From positions 1,024,001 to 1,088,000 of the forward strand of contig CAWDSK010000003.1 of NCBI GenBank assembly GCA_963804995.1: 64,000 bases of DNA, written 5' to 3'. Origin of the DNA: an uncultured Acidobacteriota bacterium. GTDB taxonomy: Bacteria > Acidobacteriota > Terriglobia > UBA7540. Under the pieces are notes generated by a model that was not told the DNA's origin, made no database searches, and was given only the letters and a program-made list of their open reading frames with translations. The position numbers and the translations under genes were made by a program. Of the stretch, positions 31,352-42,080 are shown in pieces. The number at the start of each line of letters is the position of its first letter. Within the stretch, counting starts at the first letter, position 1.

Positions 31352-33238
31352 TCACGGCAGCGCGAACGCCACATAGGCATCTCCCGAGCGGGTACGAGGC
31401 TTTCCCCCACCACCCGCCGCGATGACCACATACTGTTTGCCCTTCGCTTCATAGGTGCAGGGGGTCGCGTAGCCACCGGCGGATAGTTGCGCTTCCCACA
31501 GGACCTTCCCATTCTTCTTATCGAAGGCGCGGATCATCTCATCCTGGGTCGAGGCGATAAACACCAATCCGCCGGCCGTCACGATCGATCCTCCGATGTT
31601 CTGGGTGCCTGTGGGCGGAATTCCACGCGCGGTGAGTTCCTTAAATTCGCCGAGCACCGCCTGCCAGGCGATTTCCCCCTTGTTCAAATCAAAGGCGGTT
31701 AGTTGTCCCCAGGGTGGTTTAATGGCGGCGTAGCCTTCCTGGTCAAGAAAATGGTTATAGCCCGTGTGCCCATACGGGTAAGTGACGTCGGCGTGCGTAG
31801 GTACGAGCGTCATTATCCAGGGCTCATCATGCGAGTTGATGTAATACCAGCCGGTAGCCGGATCGAACGAGCCGCCGCCCCAGTTCGAGCCGCCGTCGAA
31901 GCCCGGAAAGATGATCGTACCCTCAAGGCTGGGAGGTTGCCAGGTGCCGCTGCGCGATTTCTTGAAGGTCTCCATGATGAAAGCGTGCGCTTCCGGGGAG
32001 ATATTTGTTACGTCGTCCTCCGTGAAGAGCTGCCGCGTATACGGCGGCGGCTTCAGCACTTGCTGCTGGGTGGGCCAGGCCTTTTCGCCCGGTATATCGG
32101 AGGGGGGGACGGGCCGCTCTTCAATCGGAAAGAGTGGCTGGCCAGTCTCGCGGTCTAGCACAAAGAGCTGGCCGAACTTGGTGGGCTGCACCACGGCGTC
32201 AACGCGTTTGCCGTTGACCGTAACGGTCCCGAGCGCGGCGGCACAGGGAAGATCCCGATCCCACAAATCGTGATGCACCACCTGGTAGTGCCAGATGCGC
32301 TTGCCGGTAGTTGCGTCCAGCGCAATCACACAATTCGCAAACAGGTTTTGTCCCAGCCGCTGGCCTCCGTAGAAATCGAATGCCGCAGAACCTGTGGAAA
32401 CAAAAACCCAACCGCGTCTTTCATCCAGCGTCATGCCACCCCAATCGTTGGCTCCGCCCGCGGTACGCCAGGAATCGCCCTCCCAAGTCTCATTCCCAAC
32501 CTCGCCCGGACGGGGGATGGTGTGAAAGATCCAGGCCATCACACCGGTGCGCACGTCAAAGGCGCGCACATGGCCGGGCGCTGAGGGCGACGGACCTTCG
32601 CCGCACATCGATCCCATAATGATCAGGTTCTTGTAAACGATGCCGGGTGAAGTGACGTCATACTCGAGGCCGCTGATATCGCGCCCCAGGCCTTTGGTCA
32701 GGTCCACGCTGCCCCCTTGACCGAAGGTGCGAACCAGCTTGCCCGTATTGGCGTCGAACGCCATCAGTTGCGCGTTCGCCACCAGGAAGATGCGCCGGTC
32801 ATTCCCGTCTTCCCAGTAGGCCACGCCCCGATTGACTCCGCGGGGCTTGTCTTCATCCACGCCTTCGAAGGGATCGAACTGCCAGAGAAGCGTTCCCGTG
32901 GCGGCATCAAGCGCGCTGAGCTTCAGTTGCGCGGTGGTGAGGTACATCACACCGTTGACGACCAGCGGGTTGCATTCGATAGTGGTGGAGGGCTTAAGGC
33001 GGCTGTCGCCGGTGTGGTAAGTCCAGGCGACCTGCAGCTTGCCCACGTTCGAGCGATTAATCTGATCGAGCGGCGAGTAGTGCCATCCGGCGGAATTGCC
33101 ACCGTAAACACGCCACTCGCGATCTGCGATGGTTGCGGACTGGCCGGTGGCGGAGGCTGGGGCAGGCCGCGCCGAAACGGCAAGCAACGTGGAGGCGCTC
33201 TGTTTGAGGAAGGTACGGCGATTTACCCGCTTACGCAT
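31352..33238 (-). CDS. Tat-exported PQQ-dependent sugar dehydrogenase (glucose/quinate family)
   Basis: NRRTFLK; YSPLDQIN; WHYQVVHHDLWDRD; PPWGQLTAFDL; YATPCTY PQQ propeller repeats. Confidence 0.93.
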   Translation of the reverse strand: MRKRVNRRTFLKQSASTLLAVSARPAPASATGQSATIADREWRVYGGNSAGWHYSPLDQINRSNVGKLQVAWTYHTGDSRLKPSTTIECNPLVVNGVMYLTTAQLKLSALDAATGTLLWQFDPFEGVDEDKPRGVNRGVAYWEDGNDRRIFLVANAQLMAFDANTGKLVRTFGQGGSVDLTKGLGRDISGLEYDVTSPGIVYKNLIIMGSMCGEGPSPSAPGHVRAFDVRTGVMAWIFHTIPRPGEVGNETWEGDSWRTAGGANDWGGMTLDERRGWVFVSTGSAAFDFYGGQRLGQNLFANCVIALDATTGKRIWHYQVVHHDLWDRDLPCAAALGTVTVNGKRVDAVVQPTKFGQLFVLDRETGQPLFPIEERPVPPSDIPGEKAWPTQQQVLKPPPYTRQLFTEDDVTNISPEAHAFIMETFKKSRSGTWQPPSLEGTIIFPGFDGGSNWGGGSFDPATGWYYINSHDEPWIMTLVPTHADVTYPYGHTGYNHFLDQEGYAAIKPPWGQLTAFDLNKGEIAWQAVLGEFKELTARGIPPTGTQNIGGSIVTAGGLVFIASTQDEMIRAFDKKNGKVLWEAQLSAGGYATPCTYEAKGKQYVVIAAGGGGKPRTRSGDAYVAFALP

Positions 33239-33374
33239 AAATCAAAGCTCCCAGGCCCAGCATTTGAGGGTACAATGCCGGCGACGTATTCGTGAACTTT
33301 TGTTCTATATGCAGCGGCATCTTACGCCGACCCGTAGGGTGAATGCAATCAGCTTGGCTTTAAGTAATGGTTCT

Positions 33375-33426
33375 TGTAGCGCCGACCTTGAGGTCGGCAT
33401 GTGTCCCGAGAGGTCGGGACGCTACA
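33375..33426. repeat. GTAG-type REP doublet
   Basis: tgtagcgccgaccttgaggtcggc...gaggtcgggacgctaca. Confidence 0.6.
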
Positions 33427-33510
33427 ACACGACCCTGACAATCACCTGTACCGCGATTTGAGCCGCACTACACAAGGGTAGCCCGATTTTCGACTTCGAG
33501 GAGAAATTGC

Positions 33511-33945
33511 ATGATGCTCCAGGGAGCGCTTACATCAAAATGGTTCTGGTATTCGATTCTGTGTGTGGTCTGCTGGGGGGGATGGACGATTCTCGCCAAG
33601 CTTGGCTCGCAGCAGATATCCGCCGAAGCCTCGCAATTCCTTTTCGCTTGGGGCATGTTGCCCGTCGCCGCCGTGCTGCTGGCGGGCCGGCGCTTCCAAC
33701 TTGAGAAAAATGCCAAGGGGATTTTCTATTCGATCGCCAACGGCGTGCTGGCCGCGATTGGAAGCTGGGCGCTGTTCGCGGCGTATCGCACGGGTGGCAA
33801 CGCTTCGGTCATCACCGTGGTGACGGCGATGTATCCGTTGTTCACAGTGGTACTGGCCATGCTCGTTTTGCGCGAGCGGCTGACCAAGCTTCACGTGATC
33901 GGACTCATCTTTGCTGCAGCCGCGTTCGTTATCTTCTCACTTTAG
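33511..33945 (+). CDS. EamA/DMT single-domain transporter
   Basis: Five TM helices; GGNASVITVVTAMYP...LRERLT. Confidence 0.9.
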   Translation: MMLQGALTSKWFWYSILCVVCWGGWTILAKLGSQQISAEASQFLFAWGMLPVAAVLLAGRRFQLEKNAKGIFYSIANGVLAAIGSWALFAAYRTGGNASVITVVTAMYPLFTVVLAMLVLRERLTKLHVIGLIFAAAAFVIFSL

Positions 33946-33956
33946 GTGATTTCTTT

Positions 33957-34373
33957 ATGCACTTACCGCCGTGGTTCTGGTTTTCACTGATTGTACTGGT
34001 GACCTGGGGTATTGTGGGGTTACTGCAAAAGCTCTCGACCAACGAAATCTCCGCTGAATCCGCACTGATCTGGCTGGTAGTGGGATTCTTCGTAGTGGCG
34101 CCGGTCTTCTATCCTGGCAAAGTCTTGTTCACTTACTCCGCTCGCAGCTTGCTCTACATCCTGCTAAGCGCGGTGCTGAACGCAGTGGGAGCGTGGGCCC
34201 TGCTGGCGGCCATGAAGAGTGGCGGCAAGGCTTCAATTGTGGTGCCGCTCACGGCCCTCTATCCTCTGATCATGATCCTGGCGGCTCCCGTCATCCTGCG
34301 GGAGTCCATCACGGCGCTCCAGGGAGTCGGCGTCGCGTGTGCGCTGATTGCCATCGCCCTCTTGTCGACTTAA
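33957..34373 (+). CDS. EamA/DMT single-domain transporter (paralog of the upstream gene)
   Basis: GGKASIVVPLTALYP...LRESIT. Confidence 0.9.
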   Translation: MHLPPWFWFSLIVLVTWGIVGLLQKLSTNEISAESALIWLVVGFFVVAPVFYPGKVLFTYSARSLLYILLSAVLNAVGAWALLAAMKSGGKASIVVPLTALYPLIMILAAPVILRESITALQGVGVACALIAIALLST

Positions 34374-34394
34374 AACCCACGACGGAGGGGCCCC

Positions 34395-35015
34395 CTAAGC
34401 TTCCGATGCCGATTCCGCGGTGGGTCTCAAGACCTCGGCGGTCGTGACCAGCCGGACGCCGACGGCGGTCATTTCCTCAAGCGCCTTCCGTCCCCCTTCC
34501 TCAGTGATGGGCTGGATGGCATCCACAACCAAATCGACCGGAAAGCCGTGCTGGCGTAGGGCCAGCGCATCCGCGCGCACGCAATACTCCGTGGCGACTC
34601 CGAACATTACAGCGTGCCTATGGCCAAGGGCTCGCAGCACATTTTCAAAGTTGGGATTATCCTGCGAAGTGTAGGTGGGTTTTTCGAGAATGAACTGCCC
34701 CACCCACCGCGCCGGGGGCGTAAAGGCATTCGGGCGGCTCGGGATGACGATCGCATCAACGAACTGCGTTTCCGGAATCCGCCGCTGCCCGGGAGTGCCG
34801 ACAACGCAATGGGGTGGCCAGATTTTGAACTCGGGGTCGTCGGGGGCATGTGCGTCCGCGGAGGAGATCACGGGTATTTGGTGGGCGCGGGCCCAATACA
34901 TCAGCCGAGCCAGATTGGGCACGATTTGCTCGGCGCCCGGCACGTAGAGTCTCCCGGTGGGGACCATGAAATCCACCTGCGTGTCCACATCGTAGAAAAC
35001 TAGGGACTCACTCAT
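34395..35015 (-). CDS. pncA: Nicotinamidase (isochorismatase family)
   Basis: DVDTQVDF, DAH, WPPHC, GVATEYCV; adjacent to pncB; start taken at MSESLV. Confidence 0.9.
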   Translation of the reverse strand: MSESLVFYDVDTQVDFMVPTGRLYVPGAEQIVPNLARLMYWARAHQIPVISSADAHAPDDPEFKIWPPHCVVGTPGQRRIPETQFVDAIVIPSRPNAFTPPARWVGQFILEKPTYTSQDNPNFENVLRALGHRHAVMFGVATEYCVRADALALRQHGFPVDLVVDAIQPITEEGGRKALEEMTAVGVRLVTTAEVLRPTAESASEA

Positions 35016-35037
35016 CACTGCGCTCCAACTCCGGACT

Positions 35038-35262
35038 CGGGATACGGGACACGGGACACGGGACACGGGATACGGGACACGGGTTTAGGGATTAGGAGTC
35101 AGGGAAAGACTGCGAATGTAAAGCGGCCTGTCGGTGTGAACTTGGCGAGGCTAACCCGCCCAGCATTCTGGAGTTGATGAGCCGCTCGCGCCGAACCGCA
35201 AATCGAGGGTGAATTCCGTGTCCCGTACCCCGTGTCCCGTCTCCCGTGTCCCGTGTCCCGTA
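35038..35262. repeat. Inverted pair of heptamer arrays (CGGGACA)n / (TGTCCCG)n
   Basis: 35038-35083 and 35217-35262 are mutually reverse-complementary. Confidence 0.9.
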
Positions 35263-35264
35263 CC

Positions 35265-36656
35265 TCACCGTCCTCCCTCCGGATGGGATGCTTCGATCGC
35301 ACCAAAGTGCTGCACGCGAACCTCTTCCAGTAATTGTTCGAGCGCCACGCTCTTCTCAACCGGATACGCGGGCGCCTCGCGCAAAGCTTGGTACGGTTCC
35401 GGCAGGTTAGCGAGATTCTGAAGCGTGCGCTCGCGGATTTCCAACACCCGCGGGGAGGGCGCCAGGCGGCGGCCCTCGCGCATAACGGGTTGAAGCAGCG
35501 ACGAGGCATTGTAATCTTCCCCCGCGCGCGCGATGAGGTCGTGATGATATTGCCCGCCCTCCGAAAATCGAAATACCTGTTTGCGGCCGGGCCAATAAAC
35601 CTTTTCCTCGCTGAATTTCGTTTTCGGCTGCACCACGCCACCCATTTCGGTCTCTACCAACTTATAAACCACGCTCAGCGCCGGGACGTCGCGAGAAGTA
35701 ACTAAATCCGTGCCGACTCCGAAGGAATCAATTGGTGCGCCGGCCTCGACCAGCGCCTGGATCTTGTGCTCGTTCAAATCGCCGCTCGCCACAATCTTCG
35801 TGTCGCGCAGGCCGTGCCGGTCGAGGATGTCGCGCACCCGCTGGCTTTTTTCCAGCAAGTCACCGCTGTCGAGCCGTACCCCCGGAACCTTTTTCCCCAG
35901 CGTTGCGGCGATTTCCGCACCCGCCAAAGGATCGTAAGTATCAATCAGCAGGATTGCGGAATCAGGGAAAGTTTCAAGCAGCGCCGCGAAGCTGCGCCGC
36001 TCGCTAGGGAACACCTGCGTCCAGGAATGCGCCGCGGTACCAGCCAGGGGCAGGCCGTAAAGCGCTCCTGCCAGCACGTTGGACGTGGCCACACAGCCGC
36101 CTACGCAAGCGGCCCGCGCCGCGCGCAAGCCAGCTTCCGGCCCGTGCGCGCGGCGCGTACCGAACTCCAGCACGCTGCGCCCGCCCGCCGCATGCACCAC
36201 GCGCGCCGCCTTCGACGCCACCAAGGTTTCAAAATGCATAACCGAGAGCAGGTAGGTCTCAACAATCTGCGCTTCCAGGACGGGCGCAGTCACTTGCAAA
36301 AGCGGCTCATCTGCAAAACCCAGCGCTCCCTCTTCGACTGCCCGCACGTCTCCGTGGAAACGAAACTCCCGCAGATAGTTAAAGAAGTCCGGTGAAACCG
36401 TCCGGAAGGCGGGCTGCCCGCGCAGAAAACGTATATCGGCATCGCTGAAGCGCAGGTTCTCAAGGTAGGTGAGGGCTGAGTCAAGGCCAGCCGCCACCAG
36501 GTAAGAGCGCTCCGCCGGCATGTGACGCACGAAGAGCTCGAACGTGGCGCGGCAGTCAATGCGGTGCTCGAAATACGCCGCCGCCATGGTCAGCTCGTAC
36601 AGGTCAACCAGCAAGGCGTGATCAGTATTCAGCTCAGCTCCGGGCATCGGTTGCAC
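35265..36656 (-). CDS. pncB: Nicotinate phosphoribosyltransferase
   Basis: DLYELTM, EFGTRRAHG, TSNV, GTAAHSW, LIDTYD, VRLDSGDL, FGVGT. Confidence 0.96.
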   Translation of the reverse strand: MQPMPGAELNTDHALLVDLYELTMAAAYFEHRIDCRATFELFVRHMPAERSYLVAAGLDSALTYLENLRFSDADIRFLRGQPAFRTVSPDFFNYLREFRFHGDVRAVEEGALGFADEPLLQVTAPVLEAQIVETYLLSVMHFETLVASKAARVVHAAGGRSVLEFGTRRAHGPEAGLRAARAACVGGCVATSNVLAGALYGLPLAGTAAHSWTQVFPSERRSFAALLETFPDSAILLIDTYDPLAGAEIAATLGKKVPGVRLDSGDLLEKSQRVRDILDRHGLRDTKIVASGDLNEHKIQALVEAGAPIDSFGVGTDLVTSRDVPALSVVYKLVETEMGGVVQPKTKFSEEKVYWPGRKQVFRFSEGGQYHHDLIARAGEDYNASSLLQPVMREGRRLAPSPRVLEIRERTLQNLANLPEPYQALREAPAYPVEKSVALEQLLEEVRVQHFGAIEASHPEGGR

Positions 36657-37168
36657 CTTATCGCCGATCGTCGAGTCACTCGGAAAATCGTTTCCGCTCC
36701 GCCATCGAGTTAGCGGAATTCAAGTATGTCGTTGACTGTCAAGGAGAGTCAAGCGCGGGTGGAGATGCAGTTTGAAATTAGGCGAAGGGACCAGTTTAGC
36801 CAGTTTCCAATGGGCGTTTTTCAGGCCCAATTCTGCTTAAATGGTGGGGTGGGCAGTAATTTACAGCTATTGGTAAACCCTTGGCGACAAGACAGGAGCT
36901 ATTTCCTCGAACCCCGTTTGAACGAAGCCGCTGGGTGGCGGACGCTTCGCGTGCGTGGAGTCGGGACAAGGATGTACCCAGCGGACCACTCGAAGCTTAC
37001 CCTCCGGGTGCCCGACGATAATGGTTTCTTTGCCCAGACCTTCGGGGTCCCCGCCAAAGGCATGAATGGCCCTTCCGTGACCCGCATGATCACCTTACAC
37101 TGAAACTCGATTCACAGTTGCATTGGGTAGCGGTGTGAAGTACCTTTTGGGTCAACGGAAGGTGGATC

Positions 37169-37780
37169 GTGAAACCCCCTGAGGGTATGTCGCGATTGCC
37201 GCAAGACCAGCCCATCACAGCTCTGCTGCATGAGTTCGCCTCAGGGGACAAAAGCGCACTCGACCGCCTGGTACCTTTGATCTACCCCGAACTGCGGAGG
37301 CTGGCGCGGGGCTACATGCGCCACGAGCGTCCTGGCCATACGCTGCAACCAACCGCCTTGGTGCATGAGGCTTATGTCCGGCTAATAAAGCAGGAGCAAC
37401 CGGATTATCGCAGCCGTGCGCACTTCATGGGCGTAGCGGCGCAAGTGATGCGCCAGATCCTGATCGACCACGCACGTACTCGCGATGCGGAGAAACGTGG
37501 TGGTGGAGCGGCGAAGTTGTCCCTGGAAATGGCTGCCGGCATGCCCGCCGGTCAGCCTTTAACGATCATCGCCATTGACGAGGCCCTGGATCAATTGGCG
37601 CGGGAGGATTCCCTGAAGGCGCGGTTGATCGAGATGCGTTTCTTCGGAGGGATGAGCGCCGAGGAATCCGCCGAGGTTTTGAAACTTTCCGTCACCGAGG
37701 TGCGGCGTCATCTCCGCGTGGGCCAGGCATGGTTGCAACGTGAGCTGGATCAGAAAGCTGCCCCTGACGAAAAGTCCTGA
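37169..37780 (+). CDS. ECF sigma factor of the STK-associated type
   Basis: IYPELRRLA...HTLQPTALVHEAY...MRQILIDHAR...KRGG...EMRFFGG. Confidence 0.93.
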   Translation: MKPPEGMSRLPQDQPITALLHEFASGDKSALDRLVPLIYPELRRLARGYMRHERPGHTLQPTALVHEAYVRLIKQEQPDYRSRAHFMGVAAQVMRQILIDHARTRDAEKRGGGAAKLSLEMAAGMPAGQPLTIIAIDEALDQLAREDSLKARLIEMRFFGGMSAEESAEVLKLSVTEVRRHLRVGQAWLQRELDQKAAPDEKS

Positions 37781-37850
37781 CCTGGGTGCAAATTTCTCCG
37801 GCCTTTTTCGCCTTATTACGTGGGGTGCTGATCGGTTCGAAGGAGAGACT

Positions 37851-40773
37851 GTGTCCAGCAACAACTGGGACAGAATCCAGGAGATTTTCTTTGAGGCTGC
37901 CGATTTGCCTGTCTCCGAGCGCGATGCGTTCCTGGCGCGCGTCTGCAACGGGGATGCCGGGTTGCGCTCTGAGGTAGAGTCCCTGCTCCGGGCTGACGCC
38001 GCCGGCGGCTCCGCCATCGCCGCGGCCATCGAGTCTGAGGTCAGTGCGCTGCTCGACGACGATGCGCCGCTGGTCGGCACGCGCATGGGACCGTACCGTT
38101 TGTTGAAGGAAATCGGGCGTGGCGGCATGGGATCGGTGTACCTGGGTGAGCGCGACGACGAACAATACCGCAAGCTGGTGGCCATCAAGGTGGTCAAGCG
38201 CGGCATGGACAGTACGGAAGTGCTGGCGCGTTTTCGCCATGAGCGCCAGATTCTGGCGGGCCTCGAGCATCCCTACATCGCTCGTCTCATCGATGGGGGC
38301 ACAACTCCTGATGGCCGTCCGTTTTTTGTTATGGAGTATGTGCAAGGGCAGCCGATTGACGCCTACTGCCGCGAGCAGGGTCTCAATCTGGAACTTCGTT
38401 TACGGTTGTTCTTGCGAGTTTGCGAGGCCGTCTCGTATGCCCACCGTGGGCTGGTAGTCCATCGCGACCTTAAGCCCGGCAATATTTTTGTTGCCGCAGA
38501 GGGAATTCCCAAACTCCTTGATTTCGGAGTGGCCAAGCTGCTGGATCCCGGCAATGATCCCGGACTCACCTCCACTTCTGCCGCGATGGGCCCCCTCACC
38601 CCGGAGTACGCCAGCCCCGAGCAAATCCGGGGCTTGGCGATAACCACTGCGGCGGACGTTTATGCCTTGGGGGCCATTCTCTTTGAGCTGCTGACGGGAA
38701 GCCAGGCCCAGCGGATTGCTACCCATAGCCCCTCGGAAATTGAGCGCGTGGTCTGCCAAACGGATACCCCACGCCCCAGCACCGTTGCCCGGGCCGCCGG
38801 CGCACCGCACCGGCTGGACGGCGATCTGGACAATATCGTTCTCATGGCGATGCGCAAGGAGCCCGAACGCCGCTATGGATCGGTGAATCAGTTTGCCGAC
38901 GATATCGTGCGCTATCTGGACGGCCGGCCCGTCCTCGCCCGGCAGGCTTCGGTGGTCTATCGCGCCCGCAAGTTTGTGCGTCGCAACCGCCTGGCCTTGG
39001 CGGCGACCTTCCTGATCTTCCTGAGCCTGCTCGGGGGGATTGTTCTGGCGGAGAGGCAGGCTCGCCGAGCCGAGAGTGCGCGCCGCTTCGCGGAAACCCA
39101 GAGGCAGTCTGCCGAGCGCGAGCGGGAGCGTGCCGAAGGGCAGAGGCAACTGGCCGAGCGCGAACGGGCCCGGGCAGAAGCCGAAACCCAAGTCGCCAGA
39201 ACTGAACAGGACCGCTCCCGACGCCGTCTCGCCCAGATGCTGGAATTGGCAAACAGTTCGCTTTTCGACGTGCACACGGCCATCGAAAAACTTCCCGGCG
39301 CAACGGAGGCCCGGCGTCAGATCGTGGTGACGACGCTCCGATTCCTGGAGGACCTGTCCAAAGATGCCGGCCAGGACGACGGACTTGCGGTTCGTGTTGA
39401 GCGCCTCCTATTTTAAAGTCGCGAACGTTCTGGGTTATCCCCTTCAGCCGAATCTGGGTGACACCCAGGGTGCATTGGCGAATTACGAAAAATCCGTCGC
39501 GTTGATTGAGCCCCTTCTTGCTAAAGATCCCGATCGTTCGGAGTACGTTTTGCAGTGGGTGCAAACGAAAGTCAATTGGGCAACATTGCTCGCCCGGACG
39601 AGTGAAGAACCGCGGGCGTTGCAGATGATGCGTAACACCCTGCCGGCGGCTCAACGGCTCCCGCGGTTGTGTCCCAAGGACTCCCAATGCCTCTCTCGCG
39701 GAGGGCCAGGTGTACTCGGTGATGGTGAATACACTGGTGACCACGCGATTCCGGCGCTGCTCTCCACTTCTGCACAACTGGAGACGCAGGCCATGGAGCG
39801 AGCGCTGCAATTTTCCCCGAGTAACACCGACATTCAACTTGAACTCGGGACGGCCTATAGCCAGGAGGCGAGGGTATGGAACACTCGGGGGGATCTGCGG
39901 GAAGCCGTGGAGCGATACCGGCAAGCTGTGGCGCTGAGGGAAGGCGCATTGGTGCGCAACCCCTCCGATGTCCTGACTCGACGCAGCTTGATGATCACCT
40001 ACGGCAACCTTGGCGGCGCCTTGGGGAGCCCGCTTTATCCGAACCTCGGCGATACCGCGGGAGCGCGCGAATACTACGGGAAGGCACTCGCCATTGCTCG
40101 CGATCTGGCGAACGCTGACCGCAACGATCAGCTTGCGCAATATGATCTTGCCAACGCCCTGCTGTTCCGCTCATCGTTGGACCTTCCCAAGGAGGAGTGG
40201 GCGGAATCCATGGCGAATCTTCAAGAGGCGGACGGAATTCTCCAGAAACTCGTGGCGGCTGACCCTCGGTCGATTGCCAAGTTGCGGGCGCTGGCGACAG
40301 TCGAGGAATATGAAGGCCAAGCGCCTGGAAGGCTTGGGAAGAAGTGACGAGGCACTGGTCAAAAGCTCGCCAGTCCCTTGCCACTGCCGAGCAGGCGCTG
40401 GCCCGCAGCCCCGTCCGACCTCGGCATGGTCTCGCAAGCGTTGGCCAGCGAGGAGAGCATTGCGGAGATCCTCGCCCATCAGGGCGATCAACCCGGAGCC
40501 CTCGAGATGGCGCGAAAAGCGATCGCGCGGGCGGAGCGAATTTCCGCGCCTGATTCCGAGCGGGATCGCGTAACCCGTTCGGTTGCCTCGGCGTACCAGA
40601 ACCTTGCAAAGGTTGAGGTGACCTTCGGGAACTGGAGTGAGGCCCGGGCGGCCGCACAGCGCGCGGTTGACGGGTGGCGGCAAATGATTGCCTCGGGAAG
40701 CCGGCGTGCCGACCCCGCCCAGGCGGCCCTTGCCGAAGCCCTGCTCAAAGACTGCAACGCGCATTTGCGCTAA
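37851..40773 (+). CDS. Hanks-type Ser/Thr kinase with TM helix and TPR-like C-terminus (about three frameshifts)
   Basis: IGRGGMGSV, VAIK, HRDLKPGN, DFG, YASPEQ; continues through ORFs 39364-40347 and 40378-40773. Confidence 0.88.
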
Positions 40774-40866
40774 AAAGTTCTTTTCCTCCTGCGCAAATTC
40801 CACCCTGGTTTTTCGCCTTAATAGATAGGGACCCAAGTAGAGGTCCTGAACACTCCTCCAGTTAGC

Positions 40867-40901
40867 ACGGACTAATCCCGCCTCGGGCGGGATTAGTCCG
40901 T
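40867..40901. terminator. Perfect 16-bp stem hairpin downstream of the kinase (possible terminator)
   Basis: ACGGACTAATCCCGCC-TCG-GGCGGGATTAGTCCGT; no strong U-tract. Confidence 0.5.
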
Positions 40902-40924
40902 CTCTTAGGTTCTATGTGTTCTAG

Positions 40925-41767
40925 GTGGTGCGCATGAGTAATCCGGCGAATATCGAACAACTCGGCCCGCAAGCGCACATTGCGGCGGCGCTTATGCGGT
41001 GGGAATCACAAAAGAGGGAATTCTGGGTTCTGATCATCTTTGCGGGTGTGGTCCTTGTCCTGGGAGTTTCATCCTTCTTTTCCCCTCACCGGTTCTGGGA
41101 AGGGGGCGTCTTGCATGTCAGTCTCTCGCCGCAGGTTCTTTTTGTCATCATGGTGGGCACGGTGCTGGCATCGTTGTTTTACGCTCGGCGAGACTTTGAG
41201 GTCCAAGGTCTTCGGCTGGCCAATATTCAGCAGTACATGTGCTCGCAGGAAGAGCAAGCCAATAGCAGGATCGATGCGGTGACCAACGTGTTCACTCGCG
41301 CCTTGCTGCATGATCTCCTGACCGGCGAAATCTCCCGCGCCGAGCGCACTCACCGCTCGCTGGCGCTCATCATGTGCGACCTGAACAACTTTAAGCAGGT
41401 CAACGATCATTATGGGCACCTCATCGGCGACTACGTGCTCTCGCAGATTGCCGCCATCTTAAAACTCTGCGTCCGTGGCTCCGACTATATCGTCCGTTAC
41501 GGCGGTGATGAGTTCCTCATTTTGCTTCCTGAAACCGACCAAGATGGGGGGGAGGTCGTGCGCCAGCGCGTGCATCGCAAGGTCGCCGAATGGGACCGCA
41601 GTAACCGCGTGGGCGACTTGCCGATCTCCATCAGCCTGGGCTTGTGCTTCCACGTGACCGGCCATACAGCGGAGATGGATGTCGCGGAAGCCGATGCTCG
41701 CATGTACGCGGATAAACAAGCCACCAAACACGGAACCATCGCAAGCGCCTTACCCCTGGCGCAATGA
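40925..41767 (+). CDS. Membrane-anchored diguanylate cyclase
   Basis: Two TM helices; DLNNFKQVNDHYGH; RGSD I-site; RYGGDEF. Confidence 0.93.
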   Translation: MVRMSNPANIEQLGPQAHIAAALMRWESQKREFWVLIIFAGVVLVLGVSSFFSPHRFWEGGVLHVSLSPQVLFVIMVGTVLASLFYARRDFEVQGLRLANIQQYMCSQEEQANSRIDAVTNVFTRALLHDLLTGEISRAERTHRSLALIMCDLNNFKQVNDHYGHLIGDYVLSQIAAILKLCVRGSDYIVRYGGDEFLILLPETDQDGGEVVRQRVHRKVAEWDRSNRVGDLPISISLGLCFHVTGHTAEMDVAEADARMYADKQATKHGTIASALPLAQ

Positions 41768-42080
41768 ATTTAGTCGCGCGCAGAACCCCGTCACTGCTAA
41801 CCGCCCATGGCCTTCGCCATCTGAATAAGTTTATAAAATAGAGACGTTGGCGAATTATCGAGCGGGCCACCGTCAGTGGTTTGCTGACTCTGGGCTTTTC
41901 TCCTGCCCGACTCCCCAAGGACAATTGCCTATTGACAATTGGGTTATGGCACGTCGCTATCGTCGTCTAATCCAAAGCAAAATTGTTGTTACTCGGCCGC
42001 CGGGAGAAAAAGCCAAGTACTACCCGAGCGCGGGCGAGGCAATTTCAGCCTCATCCGAGGATTCTGTTTGGTATGATCGG

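Noticed and set aside
34395..36656. pncA/pncB as an NAD-related defence or anti-defence module
   Set aside because: Host-like GC and an ordinary NAD salvage pair, with no defence context.
36660..37165. ORFs 36726-37103 (+) and 36899-37093 (-) as the ECF target gene
   Set aside because: No recognisable motifs or signal peptide; cannot be supported.
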